Shown one piece after another: positions 52,237-62,923 of a DNA stretch of 64,000 bases (its first letter is position 1; each line of letters starts with the position of its first letter). The translations under genes and the position numbers were made by a program. Origin of the DNA: a virus (Duplodnaviria > Caudoviricetes). Location: the IMG/VR virus record IMGVR_UViG_3300029288_000056, positions 224,001 to 288,000 of that record; one strand, given 5' to 3'. The notes under the pieces are model-generated. The model had not been told where the DNA came from and ran no database searches. It worked only from the letters and a program-made list of their open reading frames with translations.

Positions 52237-52265
52237 ATCCTAACACACTTTCCGTAGAAAGTCAA
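52237..52265 (-). promoter_or_regulatory. Repeated promoter (TTGACT-17-TAGGAT) driving the RNA cluster
   Basis: Motif match. Confidence 0.82.
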
Positions 52266-52275
52266 GCGAAAAATT

Positions 52276-52602
52276 GAGAGAAGGAAGGAATCGAACCTTC
52301 GTTTAGCTTTTATTGATTAGCAGGGTTACAATTTCAATTGGCTAATCAACTTCCAATGAGGACTAGCTGTTTCCCCTTTATTGTTCGTCTAATATGTGGC
52401 ATCTCCCGAAGAAAGAACTGTTTCGTGAATCTCTGCAGAGATCCCTATCGTCCCGCTGTCCACACTTTCAGATCTTGTAGACCCCATGCAATCCGTCCGT
52501 GATTCCAGATCGAAGGAGCGACCTTCCTTGCCAGATCGATTTTCCCCCTTAGGTGCCCCAACCCACATTAGATATAGCGGCTTCCATTTCGCCACATCTC
52601 TC
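52276..52602 (-). ncRNA. tRNA-shell RNA 4 (327 nt)
   Basis: GAGAGATG/CTTCTCTC acceptor, TGGCGAAATGGAAGCCGC D arm, GAAGG-TTCGATT-CCTTC T arm; internal helices TCTAATGTGG/CCACATATTAGA and GTTGATTAGC/GCTAATCAAT. Confidence 0.8.
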
Positions 52603-52659
52603 TTATAACGGTGACATAACTTTATACATGATCAGTCTTTATACTCTATGCCACCGTTT

Positions 52660-52672
52660 ATTTCAAAGAACG
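52660..52672 (-). promoter_or_regulatory. boxA-like antitermination site
   Basis: CGTTCTTTGAAAT directly after the promoter. Confidence 0.65.
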
Positions 52673-52681
52673 ATTTTATAC

Positions 52682-52710
52682 ATCGTAACATACTTCTGTG
52701 GAAAAGTCAA
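52682..52710 (-). promoter_or_regulatory. Repeated promoter (TTGACT-17-TACGAT) driving the 327-nt RNA
   Basis: Motif match. Confidence 0.82.
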
Positions 52711-52723
52711 GCGTTATTTCATG

Positions 52724-52804
52724 TGGTCGGGAGGGGCTTCGAACCCTCATTTCATTTCCCCTATGATATTGGAAATGCGTTCTGCCAATTGAACTACCCT
52801 CTCG
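52724..52804 (-). ncRNA. Aberrant tRNA-like RNA ending in CCA
   Basis: Normal D arm GTTC-AATTGGCA-GAAC, 7-bp CATTTCC/GGAAATG arm with 11-nt loop, GGG-TTCGAAG-CCC; 3' acceptor strand ~3 nt short. Confidence 0.6.
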
Positions 52805-53027
52805 TGTTTTAAATCTCTAAATCTTCGTCATCTAGATCGTCTTGGATCTTAAAGCCCAAACTGTTCAGGTATTCACACAATGCGTTAAGCTTAACGGAAC
52901 ACTGCCCACATTCGGAGATACCTTTGCAATATGTTGCGCGGAACTTTCTACAACCGAGAATTACTGATTCTAATTCTTCAGCAGAAAGCACATCTTCATG
53001 AATCGCCATTTTTATCCTCCTACTAAT

Positions 53028-53056
53028 ACCGTAACATAGCTCAATCTAAAAGTCAA
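53028..53056 (-). promoter_or_regulatory. Repeated promoter (TTGACT-17-TACGGT)
   Basis: Motif match. Confidence 0.7.
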
Positions 53057-54274
53057 GCGTTTTTTCTCAACCTTCTCCGTATCAAAATACTGTTGACCCT
53101 CTGTATGATTTTCAATACAATCATCCCGCCTATGATCAACCAGCACAGCACTACAGGAAGGTCTGGTCTCATTTCTTGTCCCATTTCCCGAGTACGGCTT
53201 CCCAAATCAATGTAGTCTCTCCCATTCCTTAGCTGCGTAGATCCATTTTAAACCGTCCGTAAAGTAGGCAATATCGGAATAGATTTCCGCGTCCTCATCG
53301 GTGCAAATGTCTATCTTCTCAAACAACGACCCTTGGTTGATGAGCTTAACTTCCCACACACCCATTCCCGCCTTGCCGTACTTTACTTCTAGGAGAGTAC
53401 CGTCGGAACACATCAAAAGAGCGCCCTGCTCCTTGTCGTCGGTTCCAATGTAATCCATCTCTCCGCTGACGTCGCCTTCAGATTCAATAAGGTCGTCGGA
53501 GCATCCGTAAATCTTTGTCATGATCTTCCCTTTCTGGTTTACCCATCGTGTCTAGACTAATAACTCTCACTATTGCTCTAAAAATCTTTCTTAATGTGTG
53601 TTTCTTGGGTTTTGGCGGCTCGTACTCAGCATCATTAGTGTAGGTATGGCCCCAGCCATATCCCCACTGATAACCTATCTGACTATAATAGAATTCCGAC
53701 CACACCTCAGATTCGCCTATAATAAATCCGCCAAATACACTCTCAAACATCGGTTTAACTTCCTTAACATCTTCAACCCTGTTAATCCTTAACGGGTTGA
53801 AAAACAGGTCGTATCTCGGCAGTATAACTTCCCGTCGCTTCATGTTCCAAAATGGCGGATGCTCCGAGACCTTAACGTACTCAAAGTCTTTGCCGGGAGG
53901 ATTGTCAAAAACAAACCGTACTCCGTAGATGATCTGACCATCCTTATACTCTATTAGCATCTTCCCTGTCTAATTCTCCCCCGATTTTTGTGGGAATTGA
54001 TTTTCTCTGCACAAAGCACTCACAGACTCCGTGCTTACCAGAGAGACTCGTTGTTGGACAGTCCTCTATGTCGTGAAAAACTACGCAAACATAGAAGTCT
54101 AGCGATTCGCTGCAAACACATGTACCCGTTACTGGCGAATGGCAACAATGCTTATTCACTTGTAGGTGATGAGCGCACTGACAGCAGCAGCCCCAGCCCT
54201 TTAATTCTGGGTTTTCAAGGCAACATTCATCATCTTCGTGTAGGTATTCAAATTCTATTTTCATTTATCCTCCT

Positions 54275-54347
54275 CAGGGACGGCAGGACTCGAACCCGCA
54301 TATAACTGCTTCGAAGGCAGCCACCTGATCCATTAGGCTACGTCCCC
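54275..54347 (-). tRNA. tRNA-Arg(TCG)
   Basis: GGGGACG/CGTCCCT acceptor, GCTGC-CTTCGAA-GCAGT, GCGGG-TTCGAGT-CCTGC. Confidence 0.92.
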
Positions 54348-54942
54348 ATATTACAAACGAAGTTACTCACAACGACGCTAAATCGCTTAACTACTTCATT
54401 AAACTGTTCTTTACTCTCAGGGGTGACCTCAAACATCCATTCATAATAGAGCCCATCAACCGATGTCTTTTGCCACTCGTCGTGTATTCCGTCAAATATC
54501 TGGTACACTTTTTTCCACCAAATATAAGGGATACTATCTTCTTGATTGCGATGATAAAGATTGTTTTCCACATAATAGATGAATTGTTCCATCAAACAGT
54601 CGTCAGTTGCCACACCCGTTATTAATATTCTACCGGTAAATCCGTTAGCCCCTGAGCTTTCGTTGGTACTAAAAAACGGAAGCTTGTTTAGAATCTTCAC
54701 CAACTCTATTACTGCTGGGTCCAAAGCTTCGTCGGTACAATAATCTAAACCTAAGTCGGCAGGATAGACGTTTTTATCGTCCTCTTCTTCGTAGAAGTCT
54801 ATTAACCCCTTGAGGTGGTTGTACATCGTTTCACTAAGCGCATATCTGTGTTGTACGCCATCAGATTCAATCTGAAGTAACCAATATTTTTCATCTAGAC
54901 TATTTTGTTGCTCAATAAGATACAATCCATCTACATATTCCC

Positions 54943-55308
54943 TCATTGTTTCTCCCACTTTTGGATAACCTTAACGAACGACTTACCCTCGGTGTCGGGA
55001 GCGTAAAGCTTCAGTAACATCACTGGCTTGTTAAGAGCGAACGCCATTCCTAAATCGAAGTGAGACCCAGTGCTATTAGAGTCCCAAAAAATGTCCACCC
55101 TGTCACAATCCCTCATCGCCTCGGCGTGTTCAGAGCAAATCCTAAACCCAATCGGATCAACTTGATCCACGTCCCTTGGTGGAAAGTGAACCTCAAATCC
55201 TATATCCTCTAAATTCTTTACATATTGTTCGATCTCCACAGACTGTTCATCGGTAAGTCGTCTCACCGGGCAAATGATATAGATCTTGTTTCGTTTTCTA
55301 TCTACCAC
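54943..55308 (-). CDS. Nucleoside 2-deoxyribosyltransferase-like protein
   Basis: KIYIICP, VHFPPRD, CDRV, STGSHFDLGMAFALNKPV. Confidence 0.82.
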   Translation of the reverse strand: MVDRKRNKIYIICPVRRLTDEQSVEIEQYVKNLEDIGFEVHFPPRDVDQVDPIGFRICSEHAEAMRDCDRVDIFWDSNSTGSHFDLGMAFALNKPVMLLKLYAPDTEGKSFVKVIQKWEKQ

Positions 55309-55785
55309 TAGTCCCCTTTCCTCGACGCTTTCCCACCGCTAAACATAACAAGAGTGATGATTCCCCAACCCAACATCTGCTTCAAAGACTCGTCCCCGCC
55401 TGCTAGGAACACCCAGTTCCACGCGCCAACCACGAAGTAAATGAACGCAATGAGCGCAGCAAGCCAAAGACCAAGTCCGACAATAGCCAACAATCCGATT
55501 AATGCCTTCATATCGTCTCCCCGTTTAGAAGTTTGAATATCTGGAACAGCGTATCCATATCGTCGACAACATCTACGGCCTCAAGATCATATATCCCATT
55601 GTACTCACTGAGATAACGAAAACCTATCTTGCATAGTAGATCACAAAGCTGCAGTTTTTCTCCCTCACAATGGTCGCCACATGGCTCATTCTTTTTGCCA
55701 CACTCTATCGCGCAGGCATGGCATTCATCCATCAGTGCGTGAAACTTGTCTTTCATAGCGTCACTCATGTATCCTCCTTTGCACT

Positions 55786-55814
55786 ACCTTAACACAAGTC
55801 GTCAGAAAAGTCAA
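55786..55814 (-). promoter_or_regulatory. Repeated promoter (TTGACT-17-TAAGGT)
   Basis: Motif match. Confidence 0.72.
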
Positions 55815-55817
55815 GCG

Positions 55818-56294
55818 TTATTTTCTACACCTATAACGCTCTACTAGTTCCTTAATCACACTGCGATAAATGTTCCAGTCGCCGTAGGTTACATTGATCG
55901 TTTCCCCAATGTCCAACAACAGCTTGGTGGCATTAGGATCACCGAGTGGCGGCTTTACGAGAGGCCGAGTATTCCATGCTTCCCGAGAGGGGGCGGCGCA
56001 GCCACATGTATGGCAAATTACTCCACCAGTGGTAACTTCCACATGATGATTATGTGTGATACCGTCTTTTGACCAACCGTGAGATCTGTTTAGGATCTCA
56101 CTAACGTCGTCGCTACCGCAGAGCGGACAGTTGTTTAGTTTAGGGTTCAATAACTGTTGAAGTTCAATCAACGTCACTAGTGGTGTAGTGTAACCGCAGA
56201 TACATTGAGCAACATAGAGTGGGCAATGTTCTACAAACAAAGCCTTAGCCTCTGTTAGCTTAGTGTGACAGTTTGGGCACTCGTATCGTTCCAT
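55818..56294 (-). CDS. Lar-like (restriction alleviation) Zn-finger protein
   Basis: LNNCPLCGS...VICHTCG...EAWNTRP. Confidence 0.6.
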   Translation of the reverse strand: MERYECPNCHTKLTEAKALFVEHCPLYVAQCICGYTTPLVTLIELQQLLNPKLNNCPLCGSDDVSEILNRSHGWSKDGITHNHHVEVTTGGVICHTCGCAAPSREAWNTRPLVKPPLGDPNATKLLLDIGETINVTYGDWNIYRSVIKELVERYRCRK

Positions 56295-59200
56295 TAGTCC
56301 TCCGTTATCCGGTACTTTTTAAGGTCGCAAGGTTCATCATCGAGACTACAGTCTCCACCGATGATGTTTTCATCTTCGTCGCATTCAACGTTATAGTTCT
56401 CACACCATTCCGGATTGCGGTCGTCACTAAGCATACCAACCAGATCGGGGCACTCCGATGAATAGCGACAGAGGCAAATCGGCTGATTTGCCCACGTGAA
56501 TATAAGGCCTCGTTCTTTTAACCACGCCTCCAGCTTGTCGCGGGTTTTTGTGAATTTATCCAATAACTTCGTCTCGTCGCAAACTGGCACCCAAACACAG
56601 ATACTAAGCACTTGCGCCTGAAAGTAGCGCAATACTATGTAACTGAGCGCACAACATACGTCGTCTTCGTTTACCTCTGAAAAGGTCTCTAGAATCTCAG
56701 CCGTTTCTTCTTCGGTTAAGACCCTATTGATTGCTATGTCGTTGTACAAACCCTTCCTAAAAGCGAATGGCATGATTCCTCCTATTATTTTGAGGCCCTT
56801 ATTTCGTCGATCTCCCAACAGCGGCCACCGTTCTTTTTTAGTCTAACACTGTCGCCGGTCTTCACTAGACCAAGCTTAGTGTCATGAATATGATCCCATA
56901 TTTTTCCATTTGTGCCCAAGACACAGTCCTCTTCGTCATCCACTCTCTCAACATTGACCCACACGTATTCCGTTTTAGGGGTGGAACAACCTAATGCTAT
57001 CAGTATCATAAATGCAATGATCTTTTTCATTCCTTCGCCTTAACCTTTACTTCTGCATACGCCCCAACACCGGGGTCTCGTTGATCTCCAGTCTCATCAA
57101 CCGAGATATCTATCGCGCCAAAATAGTCGTCTTTCACCAGCTCATACCCACGCTTTTCAAGGTACTCGGTGATTGCTGTTTCTAATTCCTTTTCATTAAG
57201 AGTTAGTGTTATGTCCATTTTATCTCCCTCTATTATGTCCTGTAATATTGTTGAAAATTGTTTTAACCTGCTAATTTGCCCTAAAAAATCAGGATAGCAC
57301 TTCTGTGTTATTCGAAGATCTTCTTTTATACTTTCATAGAATTGTTTGATCTTTAAGTTTTTACGATCCTCTTTTTCTAACAACTTGCGGTAGCCTTCCA
57401 TCGTTTCCAACTGTACGGTAAACCTGTTGTGCCACTGATCGCGTTCGGCAGTCAGGCGGTCTATCTCGGCATAGCATTTGTAAACATGGTCTTTTACGAG
57501 GACGGGAGTGACGTCGTCCGTTCCATCCCCAACAAAAACGTGATCACAATGGTAAAGTACATATTCTGGCATTAGCTCAAACATTTTTCTCCTCATAGTT
57601 TTGCGGTATCAGGTCTATCTCTGCGATGCCCGACAACCCAACTAACTTCTTAATCAAGGATCCTTTACAGTGGACTCTCAAAAGCATAAGCCCAGAAAAC
57701 TGTCCTTCAAGAAAACAAGTATCCGACACTCTACCGCCGCTGTCTTTGATGATTTTTTGCATCTTGGCTAAGTTCTCGGCGTTCTTGTTGTTTTTGCGCA
57801 GATTGTAGCGCATCTCAACGTCAAGACTGTAGTCTTGATCGTCAACAATGTCGTCGATGGTATTCACGCCTTGAGATTGAAATCGTCTACCTATTTTATT
57901 AACAACACCCATGATAGCTCGTCCCTTATTCTCCTTTGTTTGATTCTTCGGCTAATTCCCAGCGCCGTTGTTCTTTCCAAAGCTGCCCGTAGCGGTGGTA
58001 CATGTCTGCCCCATCATTATGTTTCCAAGTTACAGTATTGGGAATACCATAGAGGTCTTCAGCGGAGCACCGCGGGCAAGTACAACAAATTTGAACGCAA
58101 TCTCCGCAATGCTCTTCCGCCAAATACTCGGTCCAATTTTTCTTAAACTCTTCATAGTCCCATTCGGCTTCCCAAATGTCTTTATTTCCATTATCTTCCC
58201 AGCGCTTAAATATATCATCGAGCATGGCTAGTCTTTGTTCTATTTTTTCTTCGCGCCATTTTTTATCTGTATGAGCGAGCCACTCACCCTCTCTACACAT
58301 ATGAATACCGAGTAAGACATCATGGAAGATGTAGTTAAGAGTGTGCTTCTGGTAAGCAATCATATGCTCTTGTTCCGTCGGCTTGTAGGCCGGCGGCTGT
58401 AGTATACTCTTTAGTCTCTCTAGTTCATCCATTTTGTTCTTTCGGTTGATTAATTTCTCTTATCAAGTCCATCAGTTTATTTACAACCGGTACTACGTAC
58501 TTTTCACTAGCCTCTGTTTTAATGGTTAGGCCGGGCCGTAGTAGCGGGTGTTCAGCGGTTATAATGTATTTATTATTCATTATCCTCCAGTTCTTTTATC
58601 CTCTTCTCAACACTCATGAAGATCTTTACTCCCGACCAGACTACCGTTGAGATCAACGACACTAGAACCATTATGTCCCCAACCCACCAAAGATCTGGGT
58701 TGTTTTTTACTATAGTGATGGCGAAAAAGGCCAAGAAAAAGCCGCCCCAACCCCACAAGTCTATTAAAAATGTTTTCATTTAATCCCTTTCTGGAAACAA
58801 GATGTCTACTCCGTCTGCCAAAAACTTGTCCAGTTTGTCAAATTTTTCGCGGAGATCTTTGTTTTCTTTTTCTAACTTGTCCATGTGTTCCATCATGCGG
58901 TTTATTTCCTCAATCTTTTGAATCGCAACGATTCTTGGATATTTCGTGCTGGCCGTCTTTATGACTTTCTCGATAGCGTCTTCTAAAACCGCCTCTAAGT
59001 CGTACCCGTGACTAAAAGAACTATAGTCAGCATCGTCAAAGAATTTACTCGCCGGTGGGACTGTGATATGTAGGGCAACGGCGTACTCCCCGGGAAATAT
59101 CCCATCCCCTGTATTAACCTTAGGCCTCTCACTCATTACACTCCAATGGTTTAAATTTTTCTTGCAGATAGTTTTCATTCAGGGCGTCAAGATCTAAGAG

Positions 59201-60862
59201 GTACTTAGTCCAGTTTCCGTTGTGAAACTCCACGATCTTCAAATCCTCCCAACCCGTCACTTCCGTGCTCTTAATAGTCACGGGTTTACGGAGGAATCTC
59301 TTTTCTGTAGTTTCGACAGTTTTAAAGATTGGTTCACGAACTGACTTTAAAACCAATTTATCGCCGTAATACACATAGATTTCGTCGATAGACTTGTCTT
59401 TGTAAATACCCACCACAACCTCGCATGACGGGTTTTTGATATAGCCAGTAAAATACATATCGTACGCGGTTAAGTTAATTATACAGAAGTACGGTATGTA
59501 GCAATAGTGAAATCCCTTCTTGTAGTATTCCTTGATCTTCTCCACGATCTTTAAGGCAAGTTCTTTTTGTTCCTCAATATCTACCATTATATCTCCTCAT
59601 GTTCCCCAATGTGAGCAAATTATTTTCCAACCCTCATCAATATTGTAGTTTAAGTCGAGAATTTCTGTGTCTTTAACTAGACACATACCTTCAAATTCAT
59701 GGCCGCAGTTTCTACAGAAGCCTACAACCCAGTGGTACCCGCAGTCTTTACAGTCGCAGGAGAAGTCTTCTTTCCCGTTACATACTTTCGTACTGCCGCA
59801 TTTAGGACAAGGTGCGTTCATCTTTCCATCCTATCAATTCTAGTATAACGTTTCTTTTTTCTAATGAGAACTTTATGATAGCACCGTTTAACAATACGGC
59901 CTGATCTCCCATGATCACCGCGTTTGGGAAAGTCATCTTTACATACTCTTCCGCGCTAATATCTGTAGTGAACCAATAAAGCTTTTTCCCAATCACTTCT
60001 TCAAGGAACATGTCTTCGGATCTAACTTCTTTCTCGAGTGTCTCAAGTTCCATTTTAAGCTTCCAAACTTTATTAGTGAGGGTCCTTATCCTTTTTAGCC
60101 GCGTTTGGTTTACGGGGAAGTCTATACTCTCATCTTCCCCGGGTGGCTCAAGAATAGCACCACAGAAAGGGCACTCGGGTGGTGCCGCGGTAAAGAAGCT
60201 ACCGCCTCTTCCAACTAACCACTTGTCCCACATTCCTTTATCTCTGCGGCTAAATTCACTTTTCTTTTTTTCTTCTGTACCACGAAAGTATAAGTATTCG
60301 CCTTTTTCAAATGGGAGTTGAGGAAAGCACAAACTGATACCGTTTAGACCGTCCTCATGTCTTATGGGGCGCTGTTTATCCATAGAAATTATATTATCAC
60401 GTTTGTAGTGATAGGTCTTATTGAACTCGCAGTCTGGGTTTGGGCAACCGTTCATTAATGCACGTCCATCGGGTAGCCTATCCAGTTATCTAAATGCAGT
60501 CCAACTGCCCACAGTACAGCAACAAGTCCGTAAGTTAACCAGAATAGTGCAGTAAAGTATATAGGATCAAATATCAGAATGTGGAACAGGATCTTAAGGG
60601 GGCGCCACCAGTTCTTCCAGAAATACAGTTTACTTACAACCTTCTCGCACCATTCAGGGAAATCTCTTATGGGGGCGGGACAATCTTCTACAGGTGATTC
60701 AAGATATCCATCTATAGAATATGGAAGTAAAGTAATTAATGCTAAAACGGCACCAAAGATAACTATGCCTCCCGCCACTAGAAAAGCGAGTTTAACGGCG
60801 ATTAAAAGAAGCGCGCCGATAATTGCGGCAAAAAACACGAAGGGTTGTAACCAAACAGGCAT
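56294..60862 (-). other. Run of small hypothetical ORFs (includes lipoprotein 56785-57030 and membrane proteins 58573-58779, 60455-60862)
   Basis: Tightly coupled minus-strand ORFs with no recognisable family. Confidence 0.7.
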
Positions 60863-61344
60863 TAGGACTTCATCCTTTCCCCTATCATTTCTTCTATCCT
60901 TTCAACGCGCCTCTTATTCTGCATGAAAACGTTGTTTTGTATCACACTATCGACACCTGCGTTCTTCAACATTCTGGCGCAGAGTTTGCAGGGTTTACAA
61001 TCAGCCTCATCGTCCGTTTCGAGATCCCAACCCCAAATGTAAATCGTCCCACCGTACATCTCGTCACGAGACGCGGAGATTATGGCGTTCTGTTCCGCGT
61101 GAACTGCCTCACAAAGCTCGTATCGTTCGCCGGCGGGAATTTCCATCTCTTGCCGTCTACAAACGCCAGTATCGCAGCAGTTTGTTGTCCCTCGCGGGCT
61201 ACCGTTATATCCCGTAGAAACGATTTGGTCGTTATTTACAATGACAGCGCCAAATTGTCGGCGCAGGCAGGTTGATCGTTGAGCAACGGCTTTCGCTATG
61301 CCCAAGTAGTACTCTGTTTTATCTGGTCTCATCCTTTTCCTCAA
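60862..61344 (-). CDS. dCMP/cytidine deaminase
   Basis: RSTCLRRQFGAVIV, STGYNG, HAEQNAI, PCKLC. Confidence 0.95.
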   Translation of the reverse strand: MRKRMRPDKTEYYLGIAKAVAQRSTCLRRQFGAVIVNNDQIVSTGYNGSPRGTTNCCDTGVCRRQEMEIPAGERYELCEAVHAEQNAIISASRDEMYGGTIYIWGWDLETDDEADCKPCKLCARMLKNAGVDSVIQNNVFMQNKRRVERIEEMIGERMKS

Positions 61345-61617
61345 ATCCGTTACAGTTTTCTAGCCAAATAGGATCGAAGTTGTACGGCCAATTAAACCAA
61401 CCATTTCGAATCCCGTGTGGATCTCCTTTGATCTCTAATGCATTATTGCCGGTAGGTATCACAATTCCTCTAGGGTTGCCAAGCGCCGCTATAAGCTGAC
61501 CCAAGTTGTCGCCGGAACCGCTTAAAGGGTGGTCACAACGCGAATGTGCGCTACCTTGCACCTCACCGCGGTGTTTACACTTATAACAATTGTGGTCCAT
61601 TTATCCTCCTTATTAAA

Positions 61618-61646
61618 ACACTAACATAGCTCTTGAGAAAAGTCAA
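61618..61646 (-). promoter_or_regulatory. Repeated promoter (TTGACT-17-TAGTGT)
   Basis: Motif match. Confidence 0.72.
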
Positions 61647-61649
61647 GCG

Positions 61650-62051
61650 TTATTTTTCGATCAAGGGATTACTTTTGTAAAATTCCACATCAGCTTTAAA
61701 TTCTAAAAACTTAATGTGTTCTTCTTTTGTTATTTCCTTACCATCTAGCCACATTTTACCGTCTTCTGGTGAGGTGTTTTCGAACTGTATGAGATGGAAT
61801 CCATAATATCTGTCATCCTGTTTTGCAACGGCGTGAAGTTTTTTGAACTGCTGAATTTGGGCGTAAGTCATAGTTGACTTATACCGCTTTTCTTCTATTA
61901 ACATCCATCTACCGGTTTTGTAATTACTCCAAATATAGTCTAGGTTAGTAGTAACAAATCCTTTAGAGCTGTCAAGCTGCGGTTCGTTTCTCAACCATTT
62001 ACTATATTCAGTTGAGGATCCTTCGCGTAAATCGTTCTGCTGTCTTGTCAT
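61650..62051 (-). CDS. PD-(D/E)xK-like nuclease fold protein
   Basis: NLDYIW...MLIEEKR...AQ pattern. Confidence 0.55.
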   Translation of the reverse strand: MTRQQNDLREGSSTEYSKWLRNEPQLDSSKGFVTTNLDYIWSNYKTGRWMLIEEKRYKSTMTYAQIQQFKKLHAVAKQDDRYYGFHLIQFENTSPEDGKMWLDGKEITKEEHIKFLEFKADVEFYKSNPLIEK

Positions 62052-62868
62052 TATGTTCCATTCTCAAAAGTGAATTCTTGTTTACAGAAAGGGCAGTACC
62101 ATGTCTCTTCCCAATCTAATACTCCGTCCAATGATTGTCTAATTGGTCCAAATTTAGGGTACATCGGCTGATCCGGGTAAAGAGGTGTAAACTCGGCCTT
62201 TTTAGTCTCCTCATTCCACTTGCCGGGAACCGTTATATAATCGCCGTCTTCGTCTATTTGGAAATAACCGCCGTCGTATTCTGGGGTAGGCCATCCACAA
62301 GTTGGGCAAGAGTAACCAAGATCGGCCCATGTCATTCCTTCACAATCACCGCAAATATAATGATAACGGTCCTCCATCACCCCGATAGTGACGTCGTCGC
62401 AGTCCTCGCAATAGTGTTGTACTTTATCAGTCATGGAAAACCACAACCCTCTTTTCTTCGGGGATCAGGTTAACAATGTCTTTGAAGGTAGGTTTCGGCT
62501 TAAGTCCGAGGTATTCCGCAATGAGCTCTTTGGTATAAGCAAACTCGTGAGTCCAAACCGAACGGCCCAAGACCTTTTCAATAGCACGGTGAAAGACATC
62601 AAAAGGCATTGCGAGCCTGCGTTGGAAGAGCTGAAACAGCACAACCTGTTCGTCAGTCCAGTCTTTCCAGATCTCACTCTCTGCAATTGCGATGGCTTGT
62701 TCTTTAGTTATCTGTTTCATTTTTCCTCACAAAATAAGGACAGTTTTTGTCCGGTTTTTGTCCGCTCATACATCTGGGCAGATCCTCTTTAGTAAAGATA
62801 TCGTGCCACACATAAGAGCGTGCACACTTTCTGCACATTTCTACCATATTTTCGTCTGAGAACATCAT

Positions 62869-62917
62869 TTGCGGCGGAGCGGATCGAACGCCCCAATTAA
62901 TCTCTCCACTACCGCAA
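62869..62917 (-). ncRNA. tRNA minihelix-like element (acceptor stem + T arm only)
   Basis: TTGCGGT/GCCGCAA plus GGGCG-TTCGATC-CGCTC, 17-nt linker, intergenic. Confidence 0.55.
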
Positions 62918-62923
62918 CTAAAA

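Noticed and set aside
51524-52602. tRNA-shell inserts as group I or bulge-helix-bulge introns
   Set aside because: I could not rebuild an anticodon stem-loop from the flanks. Most inserts are too short for group I and I found no convincing P7 pairing. A cmsearch is still advisable.
52276-52602. tmRNA or RNase P RNA
   Set aside because: It has a D stem, no G3:U70 pair and no clear tag frame. The RNase P GAGGAAAGUCC/P4 signature is absent.
54338-54958. Tyw3-like tRNA methyltransferase (LDPAVIELVKILNKLPFFSTNESS)
   Set aside because: The resemblance is short and the SCxG motif is missing; not supportable without a profile search.
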